NCBI RefSeq assembly: GCF_009914755.1
Contig: NC_060940.1
Origin: the human T2T-CHM13v2.0 reference genome, Homo sapiens
Strand: one strand, 5' to 3'
DNA: 64,000 nucleotides
The notes beneath the pieces are model-generated. The model saw nothing but the letters and a program-made list of their open reading frames with translations, was not told the origin of the DNA and ran no database searches. How positions within the stretch are numbered: the first letter of the stretch is position 1; each line of letters opens with the position of its first letter. Made by a program: the position numbers and the translations under genes. Below, piece by piece: positions 1 to 14,202 of the stretch.

Positions 1-82
1 AACTCAATTTTTTTCTACTTTTAATTAATATAAATTTAAATTTAAATAGCCTCGTATGGCTGTCGGATTAGGCAACACAGCT
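1..82 (+). mobile_element. MER3-like hAT-Charlie DNA transposon, 3' end
   Basis: ttaattaatataaatttaaatttaaatagcc...ggcaacacag resembles the MER3 terminus. Confidence 0.6.
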
Positions 83-880
83 ATAGACTGTGAAAATAAG
101 GACAGTAAAGAAAGGCTGTGATAATTAAATGTTTAGAGTCCTGATTATTTACAAATTGTCATTATAAGTGCCAGAGTGCATTAATGAGAGCACAAATAAG
201 GCTGACAAATCATGACCTTCTTTTTTTCTTTTAAAAACATCTTAGCATCGAATCTGTAAGATCATAATTATCAAATCTCAGACCATCAAACAAGAAACAC
301 ATGCTATTCAAACATTTTTAACCCTAAACACTCACAGAAATTGTTTCAATGCCTCTCCCAATGTCCCCATTCCATTTCTGATTTTACTCTGTTTGGATCA
401 TGTTAATGCCAGGATCTTTATCTTGTCCTGAACCCCCAGTATCTAACAAAGTCTACCACACAGTGGGTGCAATTAGTATACACTGAATAGTTGCAAGTAT
501 GCTGATTGTTAGTGCATTTGACTAGTCTATGGTTCTTGAATGCAGGCAGCTCAATATCTGTCTTCAGCATCATGCACAGTGAATGGTATAGGGCAGGCAG
601 CAGTAAATGCTTGTGAATGGACTGCTGGACTTTGCATCTGTTTGTTCCTCTAATCCTTATCAAGAAAAGCTAAATGGAAATACACGCTTTCCCTTTTGCA
701 TAAGCCAGAAAAGTTCAGCGTGAATACTTCCCCTCTGTTGACTTCCTGCTTATAACTCTGCATGTTAAATGCCGAGTTTATTGCCAAGAGCTATGAGTCT
801 TCTACATTTGGAAGAGAAGTGAATTTTCTGGAATGAATACACAAAATGTCTAAGGAAATGCATACACTTAAAAATGTTTT

Positions 881-1500
<620 letters not shown>

Positions 1501-1642
1501 TTTTGTGACTTGCAAGTCATCTCCACTTAGAAGCAAAAGCAGTCTCTTCTTTCTTATGTTGACCATGTCTGCAGCAGCAAAGATGCCAACATCTGCTTAA
1601 CCATCTTTTTCTTAGTACTTGGTATACCCCCTCATTAGAAAG

Positions 1643-1644
<2 letters not shown>

Positions 1645-1674
<30 letters not shown>
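1645..1674. repeat. T30 homopolymer
   Basis: 30 consecutive T. Confidence 0.95.
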
Positions 1675-1678
<4 letters not shown>

Positions 1679-2221
1679 AAATGATTTTTTGAGGTGGTGG
1701 GACACAGCAGCAGAACTCTTAGAAAGAAGTCAAAGAGGTTGCTGGCTTCAGCCTTGGGGAAATGAGCAGCACGGATGGCCCAGGTCATTGAGATGTGCAA
1801 ATGGAGTTTTGTATCAGGGCTGTAGTTGTCTGTGGTACTAATGATGTGTGCCCACAAAATCCCCTTAGGCCTTCTTGAGACCCTTGGGGGAACATTTTCC
1901 ATTGCAATCTCTGAAATAATGTGACAACCTCTTGTAAAAGCAAGGGAGGACAGTGACTGTCGAGATGCTGTTCGAATTTCCTTGGAGGTTGCAATCATTT
2001 TTATTAAATTGAACTTTGGTCAGTTTTTTTCATAATAAGAAATTAATTGAAGGATTTGGAGGATGTGGTTTCTTCTCTGTGCAATCCAGAGTGGTTTAGA
2101 TTAAAGAGAGTATCTGTGATTGGTTATTGACTAAGAATCTAAGGTGTTCTCATCCTGTGTTTTGTGTATTTTGGTGGACACAGGAAGCACAGGCACATCT
2201 CACATACCCCATAAATATATG

Positions 2222-3088
2222 TGATAGAGGCAGGAGGCAGAGAAATTCTAGGCAGAGAGGGTGTGTCACCAATAAATCCCCACCTTCAAGCTGAAAAGCC
2301 TGAAACCCACGACCCAAAGTGAGAACTTCTATCCCTGTTTGCCCACTCTCTCCTGATTGGTTCTTTCTGAATAATGTCTTTTTACCAATTCAATGTTGCC
2401 TTTTCCAAAACTACCTGCAGCCCACCCTGCCCCTCATCCTGTGTCTATAAAGACCCCAGACTCAGTTGGTAGAAGAGAGAAGTGGCTTGATTGGAGAGAG
2501 GTGACTTGACTTCAGAGGGACAGCTAGACGTCATGAGAGATGGCTTAACTTTGGAGAAAAGCCCCAGAGATGGCCGGACTTCAGATTATCTGCCCATCCT
2601 ATCCTCTCTCCAGCTTCCCTCTCCACTGAGAGTCGCTTCCGTTGCTAAACAAAATACTCTGCCTCCGCCATCCTTGAAGTGTATGTGTGACCCAATTTCT
2701 TCTTGGACGCTGGACAAGAACTTGGGACCCACCGCATGCAGGTACGCAAAAAAGGCTGCCACACTGGCCCTTTGCCCTTGCTGGTGGAGGGCAGCCACCC
2801 CATGTGATGAGGCAAGGGGCCCACTGAGCTGATAACATGCTATTGTCCATAGGATGGCGGAGCTAAGAGAGTATTGTAACATGCCCTCTGGGGCATCAGG
2901 GGTTGCAGACCTCCTGATCTGGGTGCCACCTCAGGGCCCACACAGATCCTGCTCCTGCTGGTGCCCAAAACAGCCAGCCAGATCCTGCACTCGCTTGCTT
3001 ACTGCAAGAGGTTGAGTGTGGCGGGTTGAATAAATGGGGCACCCCTGTTGCAAGCCTGACAAAGGAGTTGAGAAAAACTCCTGCATCA
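2222..3088 (+). mobile_element. ERV1 solo LTR (LTR27/LTR28/MER52 group)
   Basis: TG...CA termini (tgatagaggcaggaggcagagaaattctaggcag ... ctcctgcatca); CCAAT boxes, TATAAA 2446-2451, AATAAA 3029-3034. Confidence 0.85.
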
Positions 3089-3134
3089 TCTACACCTACT
3101 AGGTCCCCACAAACATTAAGAAAACATCCCTCCG

Positions 3135-3504
<370 letters not shown>

Positions 3505-4339
3505 TCAGGGAGGAGCTAGCCGCTGTACCATAAAGACACTCAAGCAGTCTGATAGAGTCATCCATGAGATGAGGAACCACAACCAGCACCACAGCTTGCC
3601 ATCCACATTAGTGAGTGAGCTACCTTGGAACTGATTCTCCAGCTCCCTTTAAAACTTCATAGTACTGTAGTCTAGGCAAACGTGTCAACTGCAAACCCAC
3701 GAGAGACCCAGGGTCAGAAGCACCTGTTCAAATTGTCCTTAACTCCTTACCTAATGAGACTGTAGGCTTTCCACTTGAAGTAACCGGTACTTCAAAACTT
3801 GTTCTCTTGCTGTAAAAATTAGGAAACTAGAAAAACAAGTGAAACTGCCACCTAAGTGAAGGACTGCAATCCAGAGAAAAGGAAAATAAATGATGTGAGC
3901 TCTAGAACTGCTGTGGTTCTAATCACCTGGAGATCCTTTGTGGACAGTGACACAGGAAACAACAACTCAAGCAGATATAACATTCTCACTGAGTCGGGAA
4001 GACAAGAGACTAGAGTTAGGGGAGGATGACGTGGGTAGAATTGGAGTACTGGAAAAGCGAGAATCATGCAGAAAATAGCTCCGGAAATTAGAACAGGCAT
4101 CATTTTGAGTCTGTTGCTAAATACTGAACTTCGCATATATAGGGTGAAACTCCATGAGTAGCATAAAGAACAACTGGGAGAGGCAAGCTCAGCGACTTCC
4201 AATACTTATAAAGGCAGAGAGACAAGTTCCATGCATTACTCTCTAGGAAAACTGAGAGGCCAGGCCTCAGCAGTAAGGTGAAACTAGTCCTAGAGTAAAG
4301 GCTATTCTAATCCAGACCTAGTAAAGCTTAAAAATAAGC

Positions 4340-4650
4340 TGGTCTGTGCTGGCTGCAGTGGTGTGCACTTGTCCCAGCTAACTGGGAGGCTGATGGCGGA
4401 GGATCCCTTGAGGCCAGCCTGGGCAACATAATGAGACTCTGTCTCTTAAATCTTTTAACAATAAAATAAAACCAACGGCAACAAAAATAACTGTTGGTGG
4501 CATGTGCCTGTAGTTCCAGCTACTTGGGAGACTGAGGTGAGAGGATTGCTTGAGCCCAGGAGTTCAGAGGCTGCAGTCAGCTATGATTGCATTACTGAAC
4601 TCCAGCCTGACATAGTGAGACCCTGTCTCAAAAAAAAAAAAAAAAAGAAA
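4340..4650 (+). mobile_element. AluJ-like, diverged
   Basis: aggattgcttgagcccaggagttc...gctatgattgc; poly(A). Confidence 0.8.
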
Positions 4651-4704
4651 GTTACTTAACTGTCTGCCAAGACTCTTAAGAAAGACAAAATAAAAAAACA
4701 TGCA

Positions 4705-4905
4705 AAAAAGTAAATATATATAATATATATTTTATTATATACAACATAATATTCAATATATATTATATATAGCATGTTATTTACAATAAAATATATAGTT
4801 ATGTATCACAAATATAATAAAATGTAGTTATATATTTTACATATGTACATATTGTAGATCTGTATATATAAAAATATGTATACATAGATCATATAAATAT
4901 AAAAT
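4705..4905. repeat. AT-rich low-complexity tract
   Basis: Degenerate (TA)n composition. Confidence 0.8.
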
Positions 4906-5429
4906 TACCATTAACCAAGAGAAATTCAGGGAATATAAACATACTTAGAAAAGGCAAAGGTGATGGAATTACCTCAAGGGCTTTAGAAAAGTCATTTAAA
5001 ATCATTATGTTTAAAATCTTTAAATGTAATTAGGACAGAAATGGAAGATATGAAAATGAACCACGAACCAATGAGCATAAAAGTACAATATATAAAATGA
5101 AAATTCTATTGAGTCAGACTTAGAGCAGCCATTGAAAAAGGAAAGATCAGTCAACTTGAAGATGTACTAAAAGAAATTACATAAAATGAAGCACAGAAAG
5201 AAGTAAACACATTAAAAGAACAGAATCCCAGTGATTTGTGAGACAACATCAAACTATTGAACTTACATTTAATTGGTGTCCTCAGAAACAGAGGCTCAGA
5301 AATAATTTCTGAATAAATAATGGCTGAAAAATTTCCAAAATTAATGAACACTATAAAACCAGAGATCTAAAAGTTTTAATGAACCCAAGCAGGATAATTA
5401 TGAAAAAGAAAACAGAGTCACATTATAAA

Positions 5430-6053
5430 CAAACAAGATAGGGAATCAATATAAGTGTTCACTGCAGATGAATGGATAAAGAAAAAATGGTACATATATA
5501 TACCATTTATATACATATGTATATATCATGAGAGAGATATATATATATCACGAAATATTATTCAGTCATAAAAAGAAAGAAATCCTGTCATTTGCAACAA
5601 CGTGGATGGAGCTGAAGGTCATTAAGTTAAAGGATATAAGCCAGGCATAGAAAGACAAATATCACATGTTCTCACTTACATGTGGAAGCAAAAATGTTGA
5701 TCACATGGAGGTACAGAGTAGAATGATAGCAGAGCTTGAGAAGGGTACTGAAAGGGAAGAGGAAGGGAGGTTGCATTAACGTGTATAAACATACAGTTAA
5801 ATAGAAGGAATAAGTTCTAGTGTTTGATAGCACAGTAGGGTGACTATAATTAGCAGTAATTTATTATATATTTCAAAATAGCTACAAGAGAAGATTTGAA
5901 ACATGCTCAATACAAAAAAATGATAAACATTTGAGGTGATGGGTATCCTAATTACCCTCATTTGATCATTACACTTGAACATATGTATAAAAATATCATG
6001 TGTACTCCAAAAATATGTACAATTATATATCAATCTAAAAAAGAAAAGAAAAA
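5430..6053 (+). mobile_element. L1MA 3' end nested in the older L1
   Basis: aatcctgtcatttgcaacaacgtggatggagctg...tagaaggaataagttctagtgtttgatagcacagtagggtgac; A-rich tail. Confidence 0.85.
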
Positions 6054-7093
6054 AGTGAGATACAAAATATGTATATAATATTATAGAATTAGAACCATTT
6101 TAAAGGCATAGAAATAAGATAGGAAATAAACACAATCAGATTAACTAATCAAAAAGGAATTTAAAAAACACATTTCTGAAAAACAGTGATAAGAAAAAAA
6201 TTGTCTTAAAAAGCAATCAGAGATAAAAGACCCTTTACATATCGGGCAATAAAGATAAGAACAGTTTCAGATGTCTCATCAATAACTATGTAAGCCTGAA
6301 GACAATGGAATTACATTTTCTCACTGCTCAAAGAAGAGGAAGAGAAACAGTCTTGTAAACTTAGAATCTGAAATCCAACCCCAAGTATTATTCAAAAGTA
6401 AAGGCAAAATAAAGACTTTCAGACACACAAAATGGACTTTTTCAGACAAATAAAAGCTGTGCAGCAGACCTGTACTACAAGAGAGGTGAAAGGATGTTCT
6501 TCTAACGTAATATAAATGATAGCAGATGGAAAATTGGCTCCCACGTGGAGGAAAGAAAGGTGCTAAAAAAGGAGCAGAATTAATGCACAAAATGATAGTG
6601 ATGGCTACTGCCAGTGATGGACGCAGAAAGGAACATGATCGGTTTTACTTGCACCAGTGCAGTGTTGTGACATAAACTTGCTTAATTGAATAAAGCACAA
6701 ATTAAGCACTCATGAAAGCAAAATAAAATACAACAACAACAACAACACCAAGAGTAAATGTACCCTAAATTCAGACAGCACAGGGGATGTGGCAGAGGTG
6801 ACTGGGGAGAGGACCCAGTCTGGGAGGGGATGCGTTGCCAGTTCTGTCTGCCTCTGTGCTTAAGGCCTCCTGAGAGTTTTCGCTGAAAAAAATGGCAGAG
6901 CCTAGGAAGCTTCAGAAACAAATTGGGTATCCGAGTTCTTACAAGATGATACTCCCCGCTAACGTGACATTTTCTGAGGATAATTCAGTAGTTGCTATGC
7001 TCTCTGTACGGGCTATGTGGTAGGAGGTACTTATATGCACTTTGTTATTTTCCTTTTTCATTTGGTTCTGTATCTCTTTTAAAAACATCTTGC

Positions 7094-7258
7094 CTGTATA
7101 AACGGAGTCTGCCCAGCTCCTCCCGAGCTTGGTGTGCAGGCTGTGTCCTGCTGCTGTCTGTGAGATTTCCCCCGCCTTGGTTGGACAGGAGAAGTCCGCG
7201 TTGTCCAAGAGCGCTTCCTAGTTGCTTAGCAACATGGTGCTCACAGACTCTCCACTGA
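7094..7258 (-). other. Candidate exon of a minus-strand transcript
   Basis: Acceptor ccttgacatctcccttcccccAG at 7259-7260; donor CAG|GCAAGA (GC type) at 7093, or CTT|GTAAGA at 6942. Confidence 0.4.
7221..7233. promoter_or_regulatory. RFX X-box motif
   Basis: Perfect inverted repeat GTTGCT-T-AGCAAC. Confidence 0.65.
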
Positions 7259-7380
7259 CTGGGGGAAGGGAGATGTCAAGGACACAAAAGTGCCGGGCCA
7301 CAAAGACCCCGCTGTGATATCAAAGGTCCTTTCTCACTTGAACAGCACCACTTGTTAAGAGCAAATATATATATATTTTA

Positions 7381-7492
7381 AAAGCCTAGGGCATCTGGTA
7401 TTCCAAGGTGGTCTCCCATCCCAGGACTAATCAGCCTTGACCCCTGCTTAGCTTCTGAAATCAGGTGCGTTCAGGGTGGTATGGCTGTAGAC
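7381..7492 (-). pseudogene. 5S rRNA pseudogene (RNA5SP type)
   Basis: Reverse complement gtctacagccataccaccctgaacgc...gaagctaagcagggg...ggatgggagacc...ggaatacc...taggcttt aligns to 5S rRNA end to end, with a ~10-nt internal deletion. Confidence 0.95.
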
Positions 7493-7689
7493 AACAGCAA
7501 CGAATTTTTGGGGAAGGATTAATATGAATTAGGAATCCTGGCTTAAGTATTTCTCTAGGAAGAGAAAAATTATCTTTACAAGAAGCCTGTAACTGTAACT
7601 ACTGAATTAAAATATTTGATTATATTTGTATACATGATATTTTCCTTGGTGATTTCTACAGACCACAATATGTATTTAATAAATATCCT

Positions 7690-8037
7690 ATACTATGGAG
7701 CCATAAGGAAGAATGAAATTATGTCGCTTGCAGCAGCATGGATGGAGCTGGAGGTCATTATCTTAAGTGAACTAACTCAGAAGCAGAAAATCAAATATCA
7801 CACGCTTTCACTTACAAGTGGGAGCTAAACAATGGGTTCTCACGGACATCAAGATGGACATAATAGACACTGGGACCTCCACAAGGAGGCAGCTGGGAGG
7901 GTTTGAGGGTTGTAAAATTACCTATTGAGTACAATGTTCAATATTTGGGTGATGGATACTCTAGAAGTCAGTCCCTACTGTTACACAATATACTCATGTA
8001 AAAAACATGCACACATATCCCCTGAATCTAAAAAAAT
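7690..8037 (+). mobile_element. L1PB-like 3' end
   Basis: gaatgaaattatgtc...atggatggagctggaggtcattatc...aaaattacctattgagtacaatg; A tail. Confidence 0.85.
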
Positions 8038-8510
8038 CCATCGTCTGGCCACTTCCCTGCAAGCTATGTGGGGAACATGAGTCAGGCAAATCGGCTGGGC
8101 ATAGCTCTTTTTCTGAGGGTGGGATTCATAACAAGGTTGTTAGTAGAAAGTGGAGAGGAAGGAGTGGAAAAAAAGGCACCGAGGGAAGCTACAGTTTCCT
8201 GAATAAGCGAATCTAAGGTGCATATATTGCATATATGCAGTCAAGTGTTAAACTTTTAAAGCTCCCTAGACTGTGTAAACACGAAAGAAAGTCTCTTTAT
8301 GGGTGGCAACGATGTTGTGGTGTCTCATTTTGTGAGCTAATAAGCCAGTTGGGCTGACACTCTCATGGTTTCAAGCACTCCTCCTCGCAGGAACCTCTCA
8401 GCTCTCCAGCTCAAAGATTTCTGATGATCAGAGAAAGGCAGCTTCAGGGCTCTGGGTGGTAGCTGGTTGCCCAGCCACCGACTGAGGATGTCTAAAAGCA
8501 ACCTTGTTAC

Positions 8511-8615
8511 CTCCTCTCAGTGCAGCAGCTCCTGCTTCCAGCCACGGATGTCGCAGAAATCTTCTTTGATCTTTCTCAGGCTCACTACACACCCTGCCTT
8601 TTGTTTTACAAGGTG
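8511..8615 (-). other. Candidate exon (105 nt)
   Basis: Acceptor ttccttccatacAG at 8616-8617; donor GAG|GTAACA at 8509-8510. Confidence 0.35.
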
Positions 8616-8699
8616 CTGTATGGAAGGAACCTTTCCCATTCCCACTTGACTCCCTAGCGACATCACACTCGGACTGTTACACAGATGCGCACACGGCGT

Positions 8700-8724
8700 T
8701 GTGTGTGTGTGTGTGTGTGTGTGT
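8700..8724. repeat. (TG)n microsatellite
   Basis: About 12 TG units. Confidence 0.95.
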
Positions 8725-8750
8725 CCTCAGCTAGGCTCTTGCTGATAGGC

Positions 8751-9042
<292 letters not shown>

Positions 9043-9305
9043 AGATAGGCTCTTATCATAAATGCCATTTACTTTCCTTACAAGGATTTACAATAAGTAG
9101 CCAAGTGCTAGGCACAGCAGACATACAATTCCATTAATTAAACAAACTGCCATGGAAATAGGAAGCCTCCTTCAAAGCAACTTAGAATATTTAAGAAAAA
9201 ATCTAAATGAGAGAGATAATCTCTGTTAATACAGGTTCTGGAAATGCTGCTCTTTGGCTAGTTTGTTCCACCCTGGATGTCCATATCTTACTTTATAACA
9301 GATAA

Positions 9306-9643
<338 letters not shown>

Positions 9644-10350
9644 GGATGAAGTTTTTAACTCGAAATTTTATAACTACCTTAAAATAATTTCTTTGGAGTT
9701 TCTGAACCCTTTTGCAATAATAATATGATAATACTTATCATGTGAAGATAATTTACTCTGAATCTGTGTATCCTTGAAATTGACTTGGATTAAAAAAATA
9801 AATTTGTGCTATAGGTCTTTCTCCTCTTTCCTGTGCTTCACAAAATGCTTGCTAGCTAAGGAGACATTTCGGTTTACCAGGCCCCGCAGTTGTCTTTCTC
9901 CTTTAAAGACTCTTGCTGTGCCTGTGTTGAGAGGCAGAAAGCACGGCTTGCTGATGGATTCAAATGTAGGGTCTACCCCACACTCTGCGGCTCTGCCACT
10001 CTCTCCTGGCAACTGCACTAGCTGAAGGATGTTGCTTTTGTATCACATTATAATCACAGCTGTGTAGAAGAAATTCATGGGTGGAGAAATTTTCTGAGCC
10101 TTTGTGGAGAGTTATTAAAATGATCACAGCCTTGGATTAGTTGATTCACTGGGATTAGTTGATTTACTCTGCACAATTTTTTGTAATAACTTTCAGTGGT
10201 GGGGTTCAGCTTTGAGAGATGGGCTTAGAGTTCTGGCCGAGTTCTAGCCTGGGATGTAGAGCTAAGTTGTCAAGATATAGAAGAGTCAGAATCATTACTT
10301 TTTACTGTTTATTTTAGGTTTTGCAGGTAAACCCCAGGTAAAGGGTTTTC

Positions 10351-10869
10351 TTTTTTTAATTTTAATTTTTGTGAGTATGTAGGGCATGTATATATTTGTG
10401 TGGCACATGAGATGTCTTGATCCAGGCATGTAATATGTAATAATCACATGATCGAAAATGGGGTATCCATCCCCTCAAGCATTTATAATTTGGGTTATAA
10501 ACAGTCCAATTATGCTCTTTTAGTTATTTTAAAATGTGCAGCTAAATGACTATTGAGTATAGTACCTCTGTTGTGCTATCAAATACTGGGTATTACTCAT
10601 TCTTTCTAACTATTTTTTTCTACTAATTAACCATCCCTACCACCCCCTATCCCCCCACTACCCTTCCCATCCTCTGGTAACCATCTTTCTACTCTCTATG
10701 TTCATGAGTTCAATTGTTTTGATTTTTAGATCCCACAGATAAGTGAGAACATGTGATGTTTGTCTTTCTGTGCCAGGCTTATTTCATTTAGCATAATGAG
10801 CTCCAGTTCCATCCATATTGTTGCAAATGATAGAATCTTATTCTTTTTTATGGCTGAATGGTACTTAGT
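10351..10869 (-). mobile_element. L1MA (MA1-3-like) 3' end
   Basis: ggggtatccatcccctcaagcattta motif; TSD gtaaagg(g/a)ttttct. Confidence 0.88.
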
Positions 10870-11424
10870 GTAAAGGATTTTCTCGACAGCTTCTCTGCCC
10901 ATCTCTTTTCCTTCAAAGAGGAAGATGAAGGACTTGAGTCACAAAGTCTTGTTTCCTAAACATTAAGGAAAATATAAAACACAAGGAAAGGAAATATTTT
11001 CTCAAAGGTAGAACACTCTGAAGAGTGAAGGAGTGCTGTTTTGACTTGATGTGTGCTGGAGACACTTTCTTCTACCCAACATTCCCCAAATTTCTCCTTG
11101 TCACTTAACCACTAACCCTTTATCAGCTGGTGACTACAGTAGAATGGCAACTGTAGGTCTATTTCATAATATTCTAAGCTATGCAAAACATTGTAGAAAT
11201 ATAAGTGGTCATTTAAAAAAATGAAGGTAAATCCTATGTCTTCCATTAACATATTTTAGGGCTCAAACTTTAGTTAATAGGTTTTCCGTAATGTTAACTC
11301 CAATGCTTCCTGCCAGAATGGAAAACAATTGTCAACAGTTATAGATTAGAGATGCACAGACTGGCGTATAGGTCCATGACTAGGATTCTTTATACATTTT
11401 GAGGCTGAAAAACCCTCCTTTTTC

Positions 11425-12016
11425 TTTTTCTTTTTTCTTTTTTGTTTTAAGTTCTTTTTTTTTCTATTATTATACTTTAAGTTCTAGGGTACATGTGCAC
11501 AACGTGCAGGTTTGTTACATATGTATACATGTGCCATGTTGGTGTGCTGCACCCATTAACTCGTCATTTACATTAGGTATATCTCCTAATGCTATCCCTC
11601 CCCCCTCCCCCCACCCCACAACAGGCCCCAGTGTGCGATGTTCCCCTTCCAGTGTTCATGTGTTCTCATTGTTCAGTTCCCACCTGAGTGAGAACATGCA
11701 GTGTTTGGTTTTTTGTCCTTGCGATAGTTTGCTGAGAATGATGGTTTCCAGCTTCATCCATGTCCCTACAAAGGACATGAACTCATCATTTTTTATGGCT
11801 GCATAGTATTCCATGGTGTATATGTGCCACATTTTCTTAATCCAGTCTATCGTTGATGGACATTTGGGTTAGTTCCAAGTCTTTGCTATTGTGAATAGTG
11901 CCGAAATAAACATACGTGTGCATGTGTCTTTATAGCAGCATGATTTATGATCCTTTGGGTATATACCCAGTAATGGGATGGCTGGGTCAAATGGTATTTC
12001 TAGTTCTAGATCCTTG
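11425..12016 (-). mobile_element. L1PA (PA3-5-like), 5'-truncated
   Basis: tatactttaagttctagggtacatgtgcacaacgtgcagg; perfect 18-bp TSD gaaaaaccctcctttttc (11407-11424 / 12017-12034). Confidence 0.95.
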
Positions 12017-13412
12017 GAAAAACCCTCCTTTTTCAACCTTTATTGCCACTTCCAGAAATTCCCATTAATCTTTCTTATAAATAAAATATTGTGCTTAACA
12101 CCATGTCTTTCTTCAAGTTATCCACGTAACACACCAGTTGTTAGGTTTTGAATTAGAAGACTCTGAGTCATTCTTAGCTTGAGTTCCAAAGCTCCCCAGG
12201 CTTTTCCATTATACTTGTCCAAAGCCATTTCCCCTCTATGTTATAGCTGTACAGCTTTTTTCTTCTTAAAGAGATTACATCCACATCTGTTTCTATTAAA
12301 CACCACTCTGCTTATCTTTTTTTCCCTCCAAATTGTCAAGGGCGCCTCTTTCTTCTTAATTCTGTGTCCTAGCCTCATCTCTACGGAGATTTATCTAAGA
12401 CCTGCCTGGAGGAAATATCTTATTAAAATGTAAATAGATTCTCAACATTTCAAACACATTCAATTCATCCTAATTTGGCTATTTATTTGTTGAGTTCATA
12501 TTTCTATTTCTTAAAAAAATTTAAAAGACAGCAACTTTAAATGGAGTTTTTCATGGTGGGGGAGACAAGGCATTTGGAAGTTTATGTATAATTGTTCGTA
12601 TGGAACAACTCTCTGTGCCGTAAAATTAAAAATTTATTTTGTATCCCTTTCTTTGCTTTTTAAGGAAAAGACATATCCAGATTGGCTTGGGGATAAGAAT
12701 GTTTTAAGTTTTCATACTTGGTTGACTGAGTCCTTTGTCTTTTCTTATTGTGTTAAAGAACTCTGAGTCCTGTTTCAACAGATGCAAAATAGAAGTGTGT
12801 TTCCTCTTTCCACTCGACTCTTGTAATGCAGTGTCTTTTATTAATAGGAATAAAATTCAAGAAATGGGAAATTACTTGAATTTCCCATTCAAATTACTTC
12901 AGAAATATGGCTATTGCAACTCCATTATTTTGTTCCTATGACAATTTTCAGGATAGTCAGCACAAACTAAATCAAGTGATATGACTAAAACACTGTGAGT
13001 TTTAATTAATTGATCTCTACAAAAATAATTTGGGGACAAAAAGGCTATACAATGGGAAAATATTAGCATAGTGATGACTGCATCTAATGAAAGTTTTCTA
13101 GGAACTATTTTTATAGCCATCTTTCTCTCTCTGCAGTGCTCTCATCCCTTCTACTGAGCTCATGTCACACTTTATGTGAATCTTAAGTTATCCATTGCTT
13201 GGCTTCCTCTGCTTTTGGAATCTGCAGAGAAGCTGGGCAGAGGCTCTGGAAGGGGCTGGTGGGAACTGAAAATGAGGATGAGGATGACAAGGCTGTTAAG
13301 CTGTCACTTAAGGTACAATGAGGGAGTCCTGCAGATTAGAACTAAATTATAGTAGGAAGTAAAAATATAAAATAATGTACATGTATGTGTGTGTGCATAC
13401 AATCTCACTCAC

Positions 13413-13452
13413 CCCCTTCCGCAAAACCAGCTGGTAAAGAAGCTGAGTATTC
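13413..13452 (-). other. Candidate 40-nt exon
   Basis: Acceptor tttttatttctcattttcttcaAG at 13453-13454; donor GGG|GTGAGT at 13411-13412. Confidence 0.5.
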
Positions 13453-13744
13453 CTTGAAGAAAATGAGAAATAAAAACATCCCAGAAGTCAACACAGACAT
13501 AATTTGTTCACTCATTTACTCATGCATTTCTTTCCATATTTGCTCCTTTCTCAGTACCCTGTGCTAAAAAAGATATTACAGGGGATAAAAAAATGGCCAA
13601 ATATCTTTGAAGAAAGTAGAATTAATTTGGGACAATATTCACATATTTATAAGATGAAATTGTAATTTAAAAGGGCAAGGGTTTATTGCCTTTACACTGC
13701 TGCTGCTGTGCACCACTGGGTTAATGAAAAAAAGCCCACTTGTT

Positions 13745-14202
13745 TTTTTCTTTTTTTTTTACTTTTATTTTAAGTTCAGGGGTACATATGCAAGTTTGTT
13801 ATATAGGTAAACTTGTGTCATAGGGGTTTGTTGTACAGATTATTTTGTTACCCAGGTATTAAGCCTAGTACCCAATAGTAATTTTTCTTGATTCTATCCC
13901 TCCTCCCACCTTCCACTCTCTGGTAGGCCCCAGTGTGTGTTGTTCCCCTCTATATGTCCACATGTTCTCATCATTTAGCTCCCACTTATAAGTAAGAACA
14001 TGTGGTATTTGATTTTCTGTTTCTGCATGAGTTTGCTAAGGCTAATGGCCTCCAGCTCCATCCATGTTCCTGCAAAGGACATGATCTCGTTCTTTTTTAA
14101 TGGTATTTCATGGTGTATATGTGCCACATTTTCTTTATCCCACTGGTGGGAGTGTAAATTAGTTCAACCATTGTGGAAAACAGCATGGTGATTCCTCAAA
14201 GT
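13745..14202 (-). mobile_element. L1PA (PA11-16-like) with 5' inversion
   Basis: Antisense 3' end 13745-14140, then sense-oriented L1 14141-14201; TSD ccacttgtt. Confidence 0.88.

Larger units (their letters stand above)
3950..6560 (+). mobile_element. Old L1M 5' region/ORF1 remnant, interrupted by AluJ and L1MA
   Basis: aataatggctgaaaaatttccaaaattaatga, gaacccaagcaggataa and gcaaaataaagactttcagac are degenerate L1 ORF1 motifs; boundaries approximate. Confidence 0.6.

Noticed and set aside
1785-1994. QRLQWKMFPQG resembles the retroviral RT motif (QWKVLPQG)
   Set aside because: No NSP continuation, no YxDD and no other pol similarity in any frame; probably chance.
7234-7317. Plus-strand 27-aa ORF with a good Kozak (gcaacATGG) downstream of tataaa at ~7097
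   Set aside because: The Kozak context is a by-product of the X-box; no splice donor or other support.
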